The notes below the pieces were generated by a model. The model made no database searches. It was given only the letters and a program-made list of their open reading frames with translations, and was not told where the DNA came from. Shown here piece by piece: positions 40,193 through 53,661 of a stretch of DNA of 64,000 nt. Source of the DNA: Ranitomeya imitator (Eukaryota); assembly GCF_032444005.1 (NCBI RefSeq), contig NC_091288.1, forward strand, positions 207,018,001 to 207,082,000, in the 5' to 3' direction. The first letter of the stretch is position 1; the number at the start of each line of letters is the position of its first letter. The translations under genes and the position numbers were made by a program.

Positions 40193-41552
40193 TGAGATTT
40201 CTCAAAAGCTTCAGTGCCGATTTCTCATGTAGCGTACTGATGACATTTTTAAATCTGCATCAAGCCAATCTTTTCTGCAGCTTTTCTCTGCAAATTCTAG
40301 GATGAAATCCATGACAAATCTGCAGGTAAATAGTGCACTTTTTGCTGCAGATTCGTTACTGATTTTTTTTTTCTTTTCCCTTAACAATTTTGTTTTTTTT
40401 CCGAAAAGAAGAAGAAAAAAAAAGAAAAGCCCACAAATGTACAAAACGTTTCATCCACTTGAGTTTTCGCCATGGTAACTTTGGGGTGGAATGTGAACTA
40501 TGTGTAAATGTGCAATGGAGGAAAGAGCTGCAGATCTCACAGCTGGGAGCTGTAAACCAGTACCAGGAGAGAGCAGAGCCGCCATGCTGGGTGTCCACAT
40601 AGGACCGGACGGCAGCATGTGGAGATCTTCTGTAAGGTCTTAAAGTGATGTGTCCGTGTGCCTGCGGGCATAGGAAAGCCTCCAGACGGCTCCGCAGACA
40701 TGTGACAACCATCGTCTCCTGTGCAGAAAGTTTGACTCTTTTGCTTTAATGGAGGCAGACATCTTTTTTTTTAAATTCTGATAACAGTTGATTATTCAAT
40801 TTAGATCATTTGGGAAAAAAAAAGAATTGGCATATACAGGAATATTCCTTTAATTTGTGATTAATCCCTCTTCTGATTAGTAGGCCACCAATTAGTTGAC
40901 TGCCGACATATCCGCTGAACCAGGATCTTCTCTGCTAAACTCAAATATTAACCTATTTTCATTCTAGAAATCTTCTGCTGACCTTCTGGCAGCCCTTTTT
41001 TTCTTTGTTTATATGTGGGCAACATGATGTGACCATTGCAGCTAATTACTGACCACTGCAGCTAATCACTGACTGCTGCATTCACGTGCTCTACTATGGG
41101 CATGATGGCTCCCATTACTAAGCAGTGATGCCAGCAGCTTGATTGGCTGCAACCGTCTTGTATCAACAAAATAATTTTGGCATGATCATAAAGAAGTACT
41201 CACCAGTGACAGATACACCTATCATACGATGTTAAGGGGTTAAAGAATTGGTGATATTGAACCATCCAATCAACCAGTGGGTAGGATTAAACAAATTGGG
41301 GATCAAAATCTTATGAGATGAGGGCATTTAGGACATATGGGATCAGGATTCTAGGGCATTCTATAGGTTCTGTATTGACTCCTTTATAGGGGTGATTCAA
41401 GAAAAAAAATCTTGAGATTTGCCAGTATGAAAGGTATGGAAGGGGTTTGATCTGTGTATAGGACCGTTTCATTTTGGAAGTCTGTGGTGGTTGCAGATCG
41501 AGATATTCTCATTTGTATATAAGAGCTATCAGGAGCTCATGTTCATCGAATA

Positions 41553-43151
41553 CAGTCATGGATGAAAGTGTTAGCACTCTTGAAATTATTCCAGAAAATA
41601 AAGTATTTCTCCCACAAAATTATTGCAGTTACACATGTTTTTTTTCTCCTTTGTGTGTATTGGAACAACTCAAAAAAAGATCAAAATAAAAGTAAAATTG
41701 GACTTAATTTCACACAAAAACCCCAAAATGGGCAGAATTGTTGTCACCTTTCCAAAACTGTGGGTAAATGGCTTTGTTTCAAGCATGTAATGCTCGTTCA
41801 AACTCGCCTGTGGCAGGTAACAGATGTGGGCAATATGAAAATCGCACCTGAAACCAGATAAAAAGGGGAGAAGTTGACTCAATCTTTGCATTGTGTGTCT
41901 GTGTGTGCCACACTAAGCATGGAGAACAGAAAGAGGAGAAGAGAACTGTCTGAGAACTTGACAACCAAAATTGTTGAAAAATATTAACCATTTCAAGGTT
42001 ACAAAACCACCTTAAGAGTTCTTAATGTTCCTTTGTCCATGGCACGTAATATAGACAAGAAGTTTATAATCCATGACACTGTGGCTAATTTCTGTGGATG
42101 GCACTGAAAAACTGGTGAAAGGTTGCAATGCAGGATAGTAAGCATGGTGGGTAAATAGCCCCAATCAAGTTCAAATAAATTGAAGCTGTCCTGCAGGCTC
42201 ATGACGCATCAGTGTCAGCGCAAACTATTCGTCGATATTTGAATAAAATGAAACACTATCGCAGGAGACCCAGGAGAACCATACTGATCACACAGAGACA
42301 TAAAATAGCTAGACTGAAGTTTGACATAATGTACGTAAGTCAAAATCATTCTGCGAAAGCGTCTCTTGGACAGAAGAGACCAAGGTAGAGCTTTTTAGTA
42401 AAGCACATCATTCTACTGTTTACCAAAAATGGAATGAGGCCTTCAAAGAAATGAACACTGTACCTACAGTCAAATATGGTGGAGGATAAAAGATGTTTTT
42501 GGGTTGCTGTGCTGCTTCTGGCACTGGGTGCCTTGACTGTGTGCAAGGTATCATGAAATCTGAAGATTAACAAAGGATTTTGGGTTGCATTGTAGTGTCA
42601 GAAAGTTGGGTCTGCATCCTGGGTCATGGGTCCTCCAGCCAGACAATTACTCCAAACATACTTCAAGAAGCACCGAGAAATGGATGGACACAAAGCGCTG
42701 GAGAGTTCTGAAGTGACAGCAATGAGTTAGGATCTAAATCCCATTGATCACCTGTGGAGAGATCTTAAAATTACTGTTGGGAGAAGGCGCCTTCAAATAT
42801 GTGAGACGTGGAGGAGTTTGCAAAAGAAGAGTGGTTCAAAACTCCAGGTGAGAGGTGTAAGAAGCTTGTTGATGGTTATAGGAGGCGATTGATTGCAGTT
42901 ATTTATTCCAAAGGGTGCAACCAAATATTAAGTTGAGGGTGCCAACAATTTTGTTCAGACCATTTTTGGATTTTTGTGTGAAATGATGTCCGATTTGCCT
43001 TTTTTTCTTATTTTTTTGTGTGTTCCAATACACACAAAGGAAATCAACCTGTGTATAACAAAACATGTACCGTAATTGCAATAATTTTCTGGGCCAAATA
43101 TTTCAATTTCTGGAACAATTTCAAGGGTACCCACACTTTTGAGCATGACTG
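41553..43151 (+). mobile_element. Full-length but decayed Tc1-family transposon (1599 bp)
   Basis: TA|CAGTCATG...CATGACTG|TA with ~200-bp TIRs. Decayed transposase runs from ATG 41919 (MENRKRRRELSENL) to TAA at ~42931, with many stops and frameshifts. Confidence 0.93.
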
Positions 43152-43163
43152 TATATGAGGGTA

Positions 43164-44464
43164 CTAGATTGTGGCCCGATTCTAACGCATCTGGTATTCT
43201 AGAATATGTATTTATGTATGTATATAGCAGCCACATAGTATATAGCACAGGCCACGTAGTATATAGGAGCCATGTAGTATATAGCAGACAAATACTACGT
43301 GGCCTGTGCTATATACTATGTGGCTGCTATATACTATGTCGCTGCTATATACTATGTGGCTGCTATATACATACATATTGTAGAATACCCGATGCGTTAA
43401 TACAGGCCACGCAATATATAACAGTCGCCACGCAGTATATAACACAGCCACGTACTATATAACACAACCCACGCAGTATATAGCAGCCACGCAGTATATA
43501 ACACAGGCGACATAGTATATAACACAGGCCACGCAGTATATAACACTGGCCACTTAATATATAGCACAGCCCACGCAGTATATAGCAGCCACGTAGTATA
43601 TAACACTGCCCACGCAGTATATAGCAGCCACATAGTATATAACACTGCCCACGCAGTATATAACAGTGGCCACGTAATATATAGCACAGCCCACGCAGTA
43701 TATAGCACAGCCCACGGAGTATATCACACAGCCCACATAGTATATAACACTGCCTATGTAGTATATAGCAGCCACGCGGTATCTAACACAGCCCACGTAG
43801 TGTACAGCAGTGTGGGCACCATATCCCTGTAAAAAAAATAATTAAAATAAAAAATAGTTATATACTCACCCCTGGGATCCAGCGAAGCTCCGGCGATACG
43901 CGCGTGGCTGCCGCCATCTTCCGTTCCCAGGATGCATTGCGAAATTACCCAGATGACTTAGCGGTCTCGCGAGACCGCTAAGTCTTCTGGGTAATTTTGC
44001 AATGCATCGCTGGGAACAGAAGATGGCGGCAGGCGCGTGCGGCTCGGCAGACTACGGAGGGTGAGAATAGCAGGTTTTTTTTAATTATTATTTTTAACAT
44101 TACATTTTTTTACTATCGATGCCGCATAGGCAGCATCAATAGTAAAAAGTTGGGGACACACAGGGTTAATAGCAGCGGTTACGGAGTGCGTTACCCGCGG
44201 CATAACGCGGTCCGTTACCGCCGGCATTAACCCTGTGTGAGCAGTGACTGGAGGGGAGTATGGAGCGGGCGCCGGGCAGTGACTGCGGGGAGTAAGGAGC
44301 GACCATTTTTTTCCAGACTGTGCCCGTCGCTGATTGGTCGTGGCTGTTTTGCCGCGACCAATCAGCGACTTGGATTTCCATGACAGACAGAGGCCGCGAC
44401 CAATGAATATCCGTGACAGACAGACAGACAGACGGAAGTGACCCTTAGACAATTATATAGTAGA
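43164..44464 (-). mobile_element. Non-autonomous Helitron
   Basis: Minus strand A|TCTACTATATAA...hairpin (CCaGAT N8 ATCGGG)...CTAG|T. This is the canonical TC start, subterminal hairpin, CTRR end and A|T target without TSD. Contains an internal ~20-bp array. Confidence 0.88.
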
Positions 44465-47400
44465 TGGCTCAATATAGGGCTCACCCATAAACACTGCACT
44501 AATGCTGACCCTACAGAAATGTCCTGTTGTATAATATCTATCGGGCGTGGGGTGGTATATTTGATATTCATGTGGGTAAAATGAACGATATCCAGATGGA
44601 GAAAAAAATGTAAAAAACATCCCGTAATCTTGGATGGAAAGCGGTTTCGCATGTATTTTGGCCACTTGATCTGGAGAGCGTAGAGGTGTTGGGACTATAA
44701 ATTCGGAGATATTTTGGAAAGCGCTTACGATAAAAACGTGCCAGCTACAAGGAATAACACGCTTCAATATGTTCTGAATGTGCTGTGAACTTATGTAACA
44801 GAATCTGAAGTTTATGTAAAAGAGACGCACACTATAGGAATATTGTGTTACAATCACTTTTGGAAACAAATATGTTGTTTTGCTGCAGTATATTGGGGTA
44901 CAGGCAGATGACCATATGCTGAGAGATCCGACTGTATTATATCCCATTGGAATACATCAAGTTGCACAATTGGCATCTGCGAGGTAATGTCAGTGAAAGT
45001 CTATTTCGGGGATCTCTGCAGCCGTTGTACCAAATTCGAGGAAGGGAAAACTTGTTCAACTTGAATTGAATCACAATCTTTAAAGTTGCCTACTTTATAC
45101 AATCACTTTTTGTTAGAAACGGACCTTGAAAAGAAACTGATTGCATTGTATCATGCATGATGACTTTTATTTGAAGTAGAACCTGGCAGCAAGCGTTTCA
45201 TTTTCCTACAACACCCCCGCAGAAGAAATGAAGTATTGCAAGGTGTCAAGTCCTCCAGAGACAAAGATGCTGTTTGCAGTTAATCATTGCTCCACCTAAT
45301 TGGCTGAAACTCCAAATTAGGGTGTACCTGGAGAAGGACATCAGTTGCTTTTGTGAAAAAAAAACAACATTTTTTTTGCTTCAATATTGCTGGGGTAGAC
45401 GACTTTGTGCCCAGACTTATGACTTAACTTCATAATGCAAAGTCGCAACAGTAAAAAGGGGTTTATGCAGTAATCAATCTAAATGCGACCTGTTTTTAGT
45501 TAATATTTTATTATATGGGGGAGCTCAACTTGAATTGTGTAAAATTAGTATCTAAGACTTAATGGGGTTTTCCACTTTGAACAATTTCTGAAAGTCTCTT
45601 GAAGGTAAGCTGATCAGATGGTTTCAAAGGCGAACAGTCTTAATTGACATGGCACTTGGCAAAAAGTGTTCCATTTCTAAACAGCACCACTTCAGGAAAT
45701 ATAAAGTATTACAATTAGGCATATCCTCCACAGACAATTACCAATTAGTTATCAAACTAATTGGTTTAAGTACCAAATTAGGGACCTCCTGCACAGCTGC
45801 AGATTATGAATTATTGCAGCTTTTCTTGTGAAAAAAAAAACCAAAGTAGCCTAATAAGGTACCGTAGTGGGGTTTGAGTGTGCCCCACTTAGACCATACG
45901 TGGCACAAATAGCCATTTCAATTTCATAAAATTGAATTTAACCCCCTCTATACCCTGGTCCTTCACATAAATCACATGATATCCTCCCTTCCTATTAGAC
46001 TTTGACAGCAGGCCCAGATTCCATTTAGTTTTGCAGGATTTAGATTACAGCATATGGAAACTTTTTAGACTTTTTTTTGCTTTAGAATTTATGTTATTTT
46101 TGCCCATTTCTATTTCAAAAGAAAGCAGCATCTTGTATCATAGTGTGGATGAGGAGCTTCTCTTTCACTAGGAGGAGTGGAGCTTCAGGTGATGACCCCT
46201 ATTTGCCTCAACCCTCACCTTGAGCTAAGAAAAGTCAGAACTGCTCCAAGTGTCCTTTTCAGATCCCCATTTTTAGGACCACAAGAGAATCATTTACAAT
46301 TTGTGAGCTGTGGATGTTTATGTCAATGAATTCTTATAGCATCCCAATTTCAACCTTTTAGTTGGAGTTGATCTTTACATTTTCTACATCTTCTCCTTTA
46401 CGGACTGAGAAATACTCAGTTCTGGATTATTTGAGATTTTTTAATTCCCCGTCCATTTACTAAATAGAATTTCTCATCTCTTGCCCAGAAAGTCAATTTA
46501 AAGTAGCGTCGATAGGAAAAGGGAGGACAGAACAAAGACAAGGGGAGGTATCAAATTCTGCCTCACTATCGTTTTTCATTATTTCTCCGTCCACTAATTT
46601 CTGTCCATCGTCAGGAATTTTTGGCTCCAATGTCAAAACTGCTAATTACAATCCAATCAACCTCTGTCTTTTCACGATGATGGTTCACACTACGAGATAG
46701 GCTGATTTGAACTCTGTCTAGGATTATAATACACAACTCTTAGCCTCTTTGTGTTTAACCCAAACTATTATATTTAGTGTCTTGTAGGGCAAAAACAATA
46801 AAATGATCCATATTTAAAAGGGAAATGCAGCCTACAATCATTACCAATATGGCAGGAGATGACATCCCCACTGTTTTGGAGATTGATGGGACCAAGGGAT
46901 TTCTGTATTTCCGTCCAAAAGTGTTTAAGTACCCTGGAAAAAATCATGGTTTCATCAATTTTGGTAAATGTAATGGGGTCTAAAAGTTTATTAGATTATT
47001 AGAAATTCTTACAATTTATAACCACGTTTTTTTCAATACATGAACTCTTCTTCAGGGTGAATTGTTCTAGTCAAGCATCTGGAATCTGGAAACCTTCACT
47101 AGAGCACCTCCTGAAGAAGGGCTTGTATGTCCACCGAAATGTTGACATAATCTCTAAAAAACCTTAAATTGCAAAGAAAAATTGAGTTCCTTCTCCACTT
47201 CGAATGTTTGTAACTTGATGATCCAAGACAGAAGGGTGAGGGACATGCACCTAAGATTGTGGGTAGTGATGCTATTGTCCACCTGTGAATCTGACCATAG
47301 GTCTGTTCCCATCTTGCCCTGTCAATCCATCATTTTATTTTCAATATCTACACGTACATATGGCGGAAGAAATACTAAATATATCAGTAAATGCTCCAAC

Positions 47401-49500
47401 TTTTTGAAGGTTACTTTATTTGAAACAGAAAATAACGCAAAAAAATAGTCCAGAGTAGAACATTTTTGGGCACCTTGGTTCTATGGTATTAAAGGGCAAC
47501 CAAATGTCAAAAAATTGTACCATTTTTTTAAGGAACCTCCCCAGTCAGACATCTCCTGTAGCCCTTCATATTGGCTGGGTAGATTTGTGAATATTGTCTG
47601 GAAGCAGCCATTGCAAACTCCTGACTGACCAAGAGGCTGTCCAACATTTTGTGGGTGCGCCCACTCACATTAACCTTTCCCTGTCCTTTAAAGATGACCT
47701 CTGGATTGATGGATTGTAGTCACACTCCTCCAGTAGTCATGGGTCGATGATTCTGAAAAGTAAGTGAGATATTCCCAGAAAATTGAGATCATCAAGGGAT
47801 ACTTGGGGCTGGTTGCAAAAGCTAACCATTTTGGACACGTCTTCATTGCACAGAATTTTGGCTTAGGGTTCCTGAAATGTTCTCGGATCAAGGTGTGGTC
47901 CGGGGAGCAGCAGAACAAGGCGTAGCTTCTTCATTTAACCGTTAAGATGTGTATTACATTAGGGCGAGAAATGGATCCCCTAAATGTCTTCCCTAAAAGT
48001 CTGGAATTTGGGGAAGAGGCCTGTGCTCCAATATTTTTCTGTCCCCTTGTATGCATTTTATAGTTTTTACTATTCATTAATTATACTTTTTAGACCAGAT
48101 TATAGATAGATAGGGTTTAGGCACTCCCAAATTAAGAGGTTAGTATTCTGATCCGAAAATTGGAGCAGGAACGATACTATCTGTGTGGAGCAATTAATCG
48201 TTTTTAATGATTATAATGTATTATTTTTTTAATTCTCATCAATGGTGGAAGGATTGGATTAGACCACCTTGTGTCGGTCTCTGCTTGGAACCATGTTGGT
48301 GACATTTTTCCACACCTACAGTATACGTGTAAAAGAGTTGCAGGGATGACATTTTTCTATGGCAAGTGTTCCTTATAATACCTTTCTGTAATTTTGAGGA
48401 ACCACCGTTTGTTAAAAAAGTGACAAGACAAGTTGTCCCCAGGAAGCCAAAAATTTGTAGATGCCCACATTCTTGAAATTCTCAATGTTCAGCTGCTCGA
48501 GAAGTTAAATTGACACTTGGAGGAGTCGTATGTTCTCCTTAGGTCTCCAGTAGTTATCCTAAAGCTGATATTAATGGTATGTATTTATCTTTTGATACCT
48601 TGGGATAACATAAGTACCGATCTCACCAAAACGTCATCTCCATCATTCTTTTTCGATGATTTGCCCCAAACCTGTTCCACATTGTAACGGTGCCACTCTT
48701 CTGAAATAATTACATTGGGAAAGGATGACATTATGGATGATCGCCATGTTAAAGAAGCTTTTATGCCACTTCTTCCGACCCATGGCTTGTCAAGACGTGG
48801 ATGGAACGTCACAGTCGCATCATTTTTGAGCTTCTTTCACCTTTTTTTTTAGTTTTCCTGTTGAATTGGGCCAGACTGATCCCTTCGTCTGCATCATTAT
48901 CATATGTGTTTTGATAAGAATTACTGTATTTCTGCCAATTTTATTCCGGCCACATTTTACCATTGATTGCCCGACACTGACTGGTACTGACGAGGATGGG
49001 AATGTGACTCATTGAGTTCGGCTCCAGGTTAATACTCTTTGATGTTACCCCCAGGATGGATGGGTTAATTGTATCTCCCGTAGATGTGGGGCGATCGGTG
49101 GCAACTACTTGGATTTTCTCTTCCTTAGCTGAGAGCGGTCTTCAGAGATGGTCCTGGATCAGTGTGTAGCTTGGCTGATGACCGCACATCTGCTGAAAGC
49201 TGGATGTCTGTAAAATGTGTTTTTCTTCTGATTTTGGCCCGTGTTGAAATATGGACCTTTCTACGGCCTCTCAATGTTAATAATTAGGGTATGGATAATA
49301 GGGAAAATCTGCATATTTTGTCTTTGATTCATGTATGGCTTTATTTAAAGTGACAGCTCATTCTTGAAGGCTCTCATGGAAGCTTTACCTAACTTTGGGT
49401 GGGTCTAGATACCTATTTAAAGCAAGATCTTTAGCTGCTTATGGAAAAGAATGTTTCAGTTCACTGATTGCAAGCAGACAAAACTAAAGAATTTAAACAC
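44465..49500 (-). other. Unidentified decayed coding-like tract
   Basis: Non-repetitive. Several minus frames stay open for 190-270 codons with only 3-6 stops (manual translation). No motif recognised. Confidence 0.3.
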
Positions 49501-49631
49501 AAAGCATATCGGGAATATTATATAATTATTTATCTTTTTGTACTTAATATGGATGACCAATAACTTACACAGGGTACCCACTCGGGCAGACTTGTGTCCA
49601 TGTAAGCATCTGCCTTATACCAGGAATAGCT

Positions 49632-50890
49632 CACAAGACCTGCCTTATATTAGAAACACCCCACAAGATCTGATGTACATCGAGAACACCCCACAAGACC
49701 TGCAGTATACTTGAACCACGCGACAAGACCTGCCGTATACTGGGTACACCCCACAAGACCTGCCGTATACTGGGAACACCCCACAAGACCTGCAGTATTC
49801 TTGAACCACGCGACAAGACCTGCCGTACACTGGGAACACCCCACAAGACCTGCCGTATACTGGGAACACCCCACAAGACCTGCCGTATACTGGGTACACC
49901 CCACAAGACCTGCTGTATACCGGGAACACCCCACAAGACCTGCCGTATACTGGGAACACCCCACAAGACCTGCCGTATACTGGGAACACCCCACAAGACC
50001 TGCTGTATACCGGGAACACACCACAAGACCTGCTGTATACCGGGAACACCCCACAAGACCTGCCGTATACTGGGAACACCCCACAAGACCTGCCGTATAC
50101 TGGGAACACCCCACAAGACCTGCCGTATACCGGGAACACCCCACAAGACCTGCCGTATACCGGGAACACCCCACAAGACCTGCCGTACACTGGGAACACC
50201 CCACAAGACCTGCCATATACCGGGAACACCCCACAAGACCTGCCGTATACCGGGAACACCCCACAAGACCTGCCGTATAGCGGGAACACACCACAAGACC
50301 TGCCGTATACCGGGAACACCCTACAAGACCTGCCGTATAGCGGGAACACACCACAAGACCTGCCGTGCACTGGAACACATCATTAGACCTGCCTTTGTAT
50401 GAGGAATGCCCTATTAGACGCGCTTCATACCAAGAACATCCCACAAGACCTGCCTTATACCAGGAACACCCCATTAGAACTGCCTTATACCAGGAACACC
50501 ATGCAATACCTACCGTATATCTTAAACACCATACAAGACCGTCCACATATCATAACACCACCGAAACCTACCTTATACTGTCAACACCACACAAAATTTG
50601 CCGTATACTGAGAACACCCCACAAGACCTGCCGTATACAAGGAACTCCCTACAATGCCTGCCATACACTAAAAACACTACACTACATACACTAAAAACAC
50701 TAAAAACCCTCAAGACCTGCCCTATACCGGGAACACCACATAAGACCTGGTGTATTCCTGGAACACCTCAAGAGACCTGCCATAAACTGGGAACACCGCC
50801 TGTATACCAGGAACACCCCATGTGACCCTCCGTCTACCATAAACCTCCCACAAGACCCGCCTTATACCGGGGACACCCTACAAGATCTGT
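49632..50890 (+). repeat. 30-bp minisatellite (gggaacaccccacaagacctgccgtatact), degenerate after ~50380
   Basis: Seen directly. Explains the EHPTRPAVYW / GRSCGVFPVY ORFs. Confidence 0.96.
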
Positions 50891-52512
50891 CATTTTGGAT
50901 AAGTTCTGTTATACAATTTGGCCTTTCTCAGTCGCCCACATCCTTACACTTTCCCTATTTCCAGCACATCAACTTCAAGAACTTACTGACATCTTTCTGA
51001 TAATATATCCCCCCTTCCCCTCTGACAGGCGCCATTGTCACCAGATAATCCATGTTACTCACTTTACACGTCAGTGGTTTTAAAATTATGGCTGATCCTA
51101 TAAATATATTCTTACGATTGCCATCATGGGATCTGCGCCGCTATAAATTGATAATGAAAACGTCATGTCGCTATTTTTGTGCCTGTCATTAGCCGCTTAT
51201 TCCTGGATGATGTCAGACTCTTTCCATTACTCACATCGAGTACATTGTAAGAAGATAATTAAATCAAGGTTTATTACAAACTGTTGTGCTGCACTAATAG
51301 CTCGCCAGGTCCCGGGCAGCCATGAATCCGCTGCTTCTCGCCAATTTGACTATTTTTACTGATGACAACATCCATAATAATCAATTTTATAAATAAGTCA
51401 AGAAGTTTGGCACTAGTTGCAGATTTTTAGGTTCATCCACCATAAGATGACCTAGGGACTTCAATCTCAGGCATCGTCTGACGCCGTATTTCTGGGTAAC
51501 GTGCAGTCATGTCCATTGATGCCGGCTGTTGTCCAGAGAGACTGGTAAACGAAACCGTCCTCGGGAGAGCAGAAGAGTTAATCATTGGTGATATATTTTG
51601 ATTTTTGGCATGTGACATAGACGAGGTCACTTTATGCTTTGTCTATCGTGTCCTTGGGGCTGAGGCTCTTTTTTTTTGTTAGCGTTGTGCTCTGGTTATA
51701 TCCTGGTGATAGCAAAATAAAGGTGTGAAAGAAGAGCGCAAAATCCAGATGTAGTTTAAAGAGATTTTCTCATTTGCAAAACTAATTTTCAGTTATCATA
51801 TTAGGGACCTTCATCAATCTAGAAAGTCTCAACTTAACCTTTTCTATTAATTTTAGTCTACACCATGTAATACTTCATTCCTCCTGCGGAGGCACTGCAG
51901 GGTAATTGAACACTCACTGCTGGACACTCTTGGAGAAAATAACTGATCACTTCGGATCGCAGAACTTGTGATCATCATATTTTTGGGGGTGATTCTTAAT
52001 TTTAAAAAGTGGATAATCCCTTTAATGGTTAAATTAGCCTTCTAAAATACATTTTATTTAATTTATTGGCAAATTTGCCAGATAAAATGTAAACATATAT
52101 AGTGAAGACGTAAAAGTGTAAGCAACGTTTTAATTTTTATTTAAAAAACCACACATGAAAATAATAAATTTTGCAATATATCTTATCAGAGAAATCTGTG
52201 TCTTTCTCCACGTGGTTTGATCTTTCGCTCACAGTTCATGGGTACAATCTGTAAGGTCTATCTTCAGTGATTTTTCCCATTATTGAGATAGGATGGCAGT
52301 TGGTGCTTGTAAAAGTCTATGGAGAGGGGATGTGCCAGAGCAATACACGCATTCGGCTGAAAGTTCTCCGGAAACGGCAGTTAGTTTTCCATAGAGTTTT
52401 ATGAGCACCAACTCTTACCTTCTTATGAGAAAATCTATATTCAGTGAAGACTGATTTTATTGAGAATTTTGAAAGTGAGAGATCAGTCTAGGAGGAGAAA
52501 AATATATATATA

Positions 52513-53641
52513 CTAGATGGTGGCCCGATTCTAACGCATCGGGTATTCTAGAATATGCATGTCCACGTAGTATATTGCCCAGTCACGTAGAATATTGGCC
52601 AGCCACGTAGTATATTGCCCAGCCACGTAGTACATTGCCCAGTGACGTAGTATATTGCCCAGCCACATAGTATATTGCCCAGTCACGTAGTATGTTGCCC
52701 AGTCACGTAGTATGTTGCCCAGCCATGTAGTATATTGCCCAGTGACGTAGTATATTGCCCAGCCACATAGTATATAGCAGAGCCACGTAGTACGGTATAT
52801 TGCCCAGTCACGTAGTATATTGCCAGCCACGCAGTATATTGCCCAGCCACATAGTATATTGCCCAGCCACATAGTATATTGCCCAGCGACGGAGTATATT
52901 GCCCAGTGACGTAGTATGTTGCCCAGTCACGTAGTATATTGCCCAGTGACGTAGTATATTGCCCAGCCCCATAGTATATAGCAGAGCCACGTAGTATGGT
53001 ATATTGCCCAGCCACGTAGTATATTGCCCAGTCACGTAGTATGTTGCCCAGCCATGTAGTATATTGCCCAGTGACGTAGTATATTGCCCAGCCACATAGT
53101 ATATAGCAGAGCCACGTAGTACGGTATATTGCCCAGCCATGTAGTATATTGCCCAGCCACGTAGTATATTGCCCAGCCACGTAGTATATTGCCCAGCCAC
53201 ATAGTATATTGCCCAGCCACATAGTATATTGCCCAGCGACGGAGTATATTGCCCAGCACAAAGCCACGTAGTGTAGAGACGTAAAAAAAAAAAAAAACAT
53301 ATACTCACCTTCCGAAGGCCCATTAAAGTCCTGCTATACTAACCATCCACCGCCTTTCCCGCTCCTCGCCACGCTCCGGTGACCGCTCCATTGCAAGCGG
53401 CAGCTTCCGATCCCAGGGCTGGTGTGAGCAGGACCTATGATGACGTCGCAGTCACATGACCGTGACGTCCCGGCAGGTCCTTGTCGCACACCAGCCCTGG
53501 GACCGGAAGCTGCCGCTTGCAATGGAGCGGTCACCGGAGCGTGGCGAGGAGCAGGAAAGGCGGCGGATGGTGAGTATAGCAGGTTTTTGTTTTTTTTTTA
53601 ATTATTTTTAACATGACATACTTTTACTATTGATGCTGCAT
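52513..53641 (-). mobile_element. 5'-truncated duplicate of the adjacent Helitron's 3' part
   Basis: CTAG end at 52513, perfect CCCGAT/ATCGGG hairpin, 20-bp array and foldback. Breaks off at the apex of the internal tactattgatgctgc palindrome. Confidence 0.85.
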
Positions 53642-53661
53642 AGGAGAAAAATATATATATA

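Noticed and set aside
51790-51905. LRR-like reading ILGTFINLESLNL as a candidate PKD1 exon 2
   Set aside because: Nearby acceptors give the wrong phase, there is no donor 72 nt downstream and no DxSxN motif.
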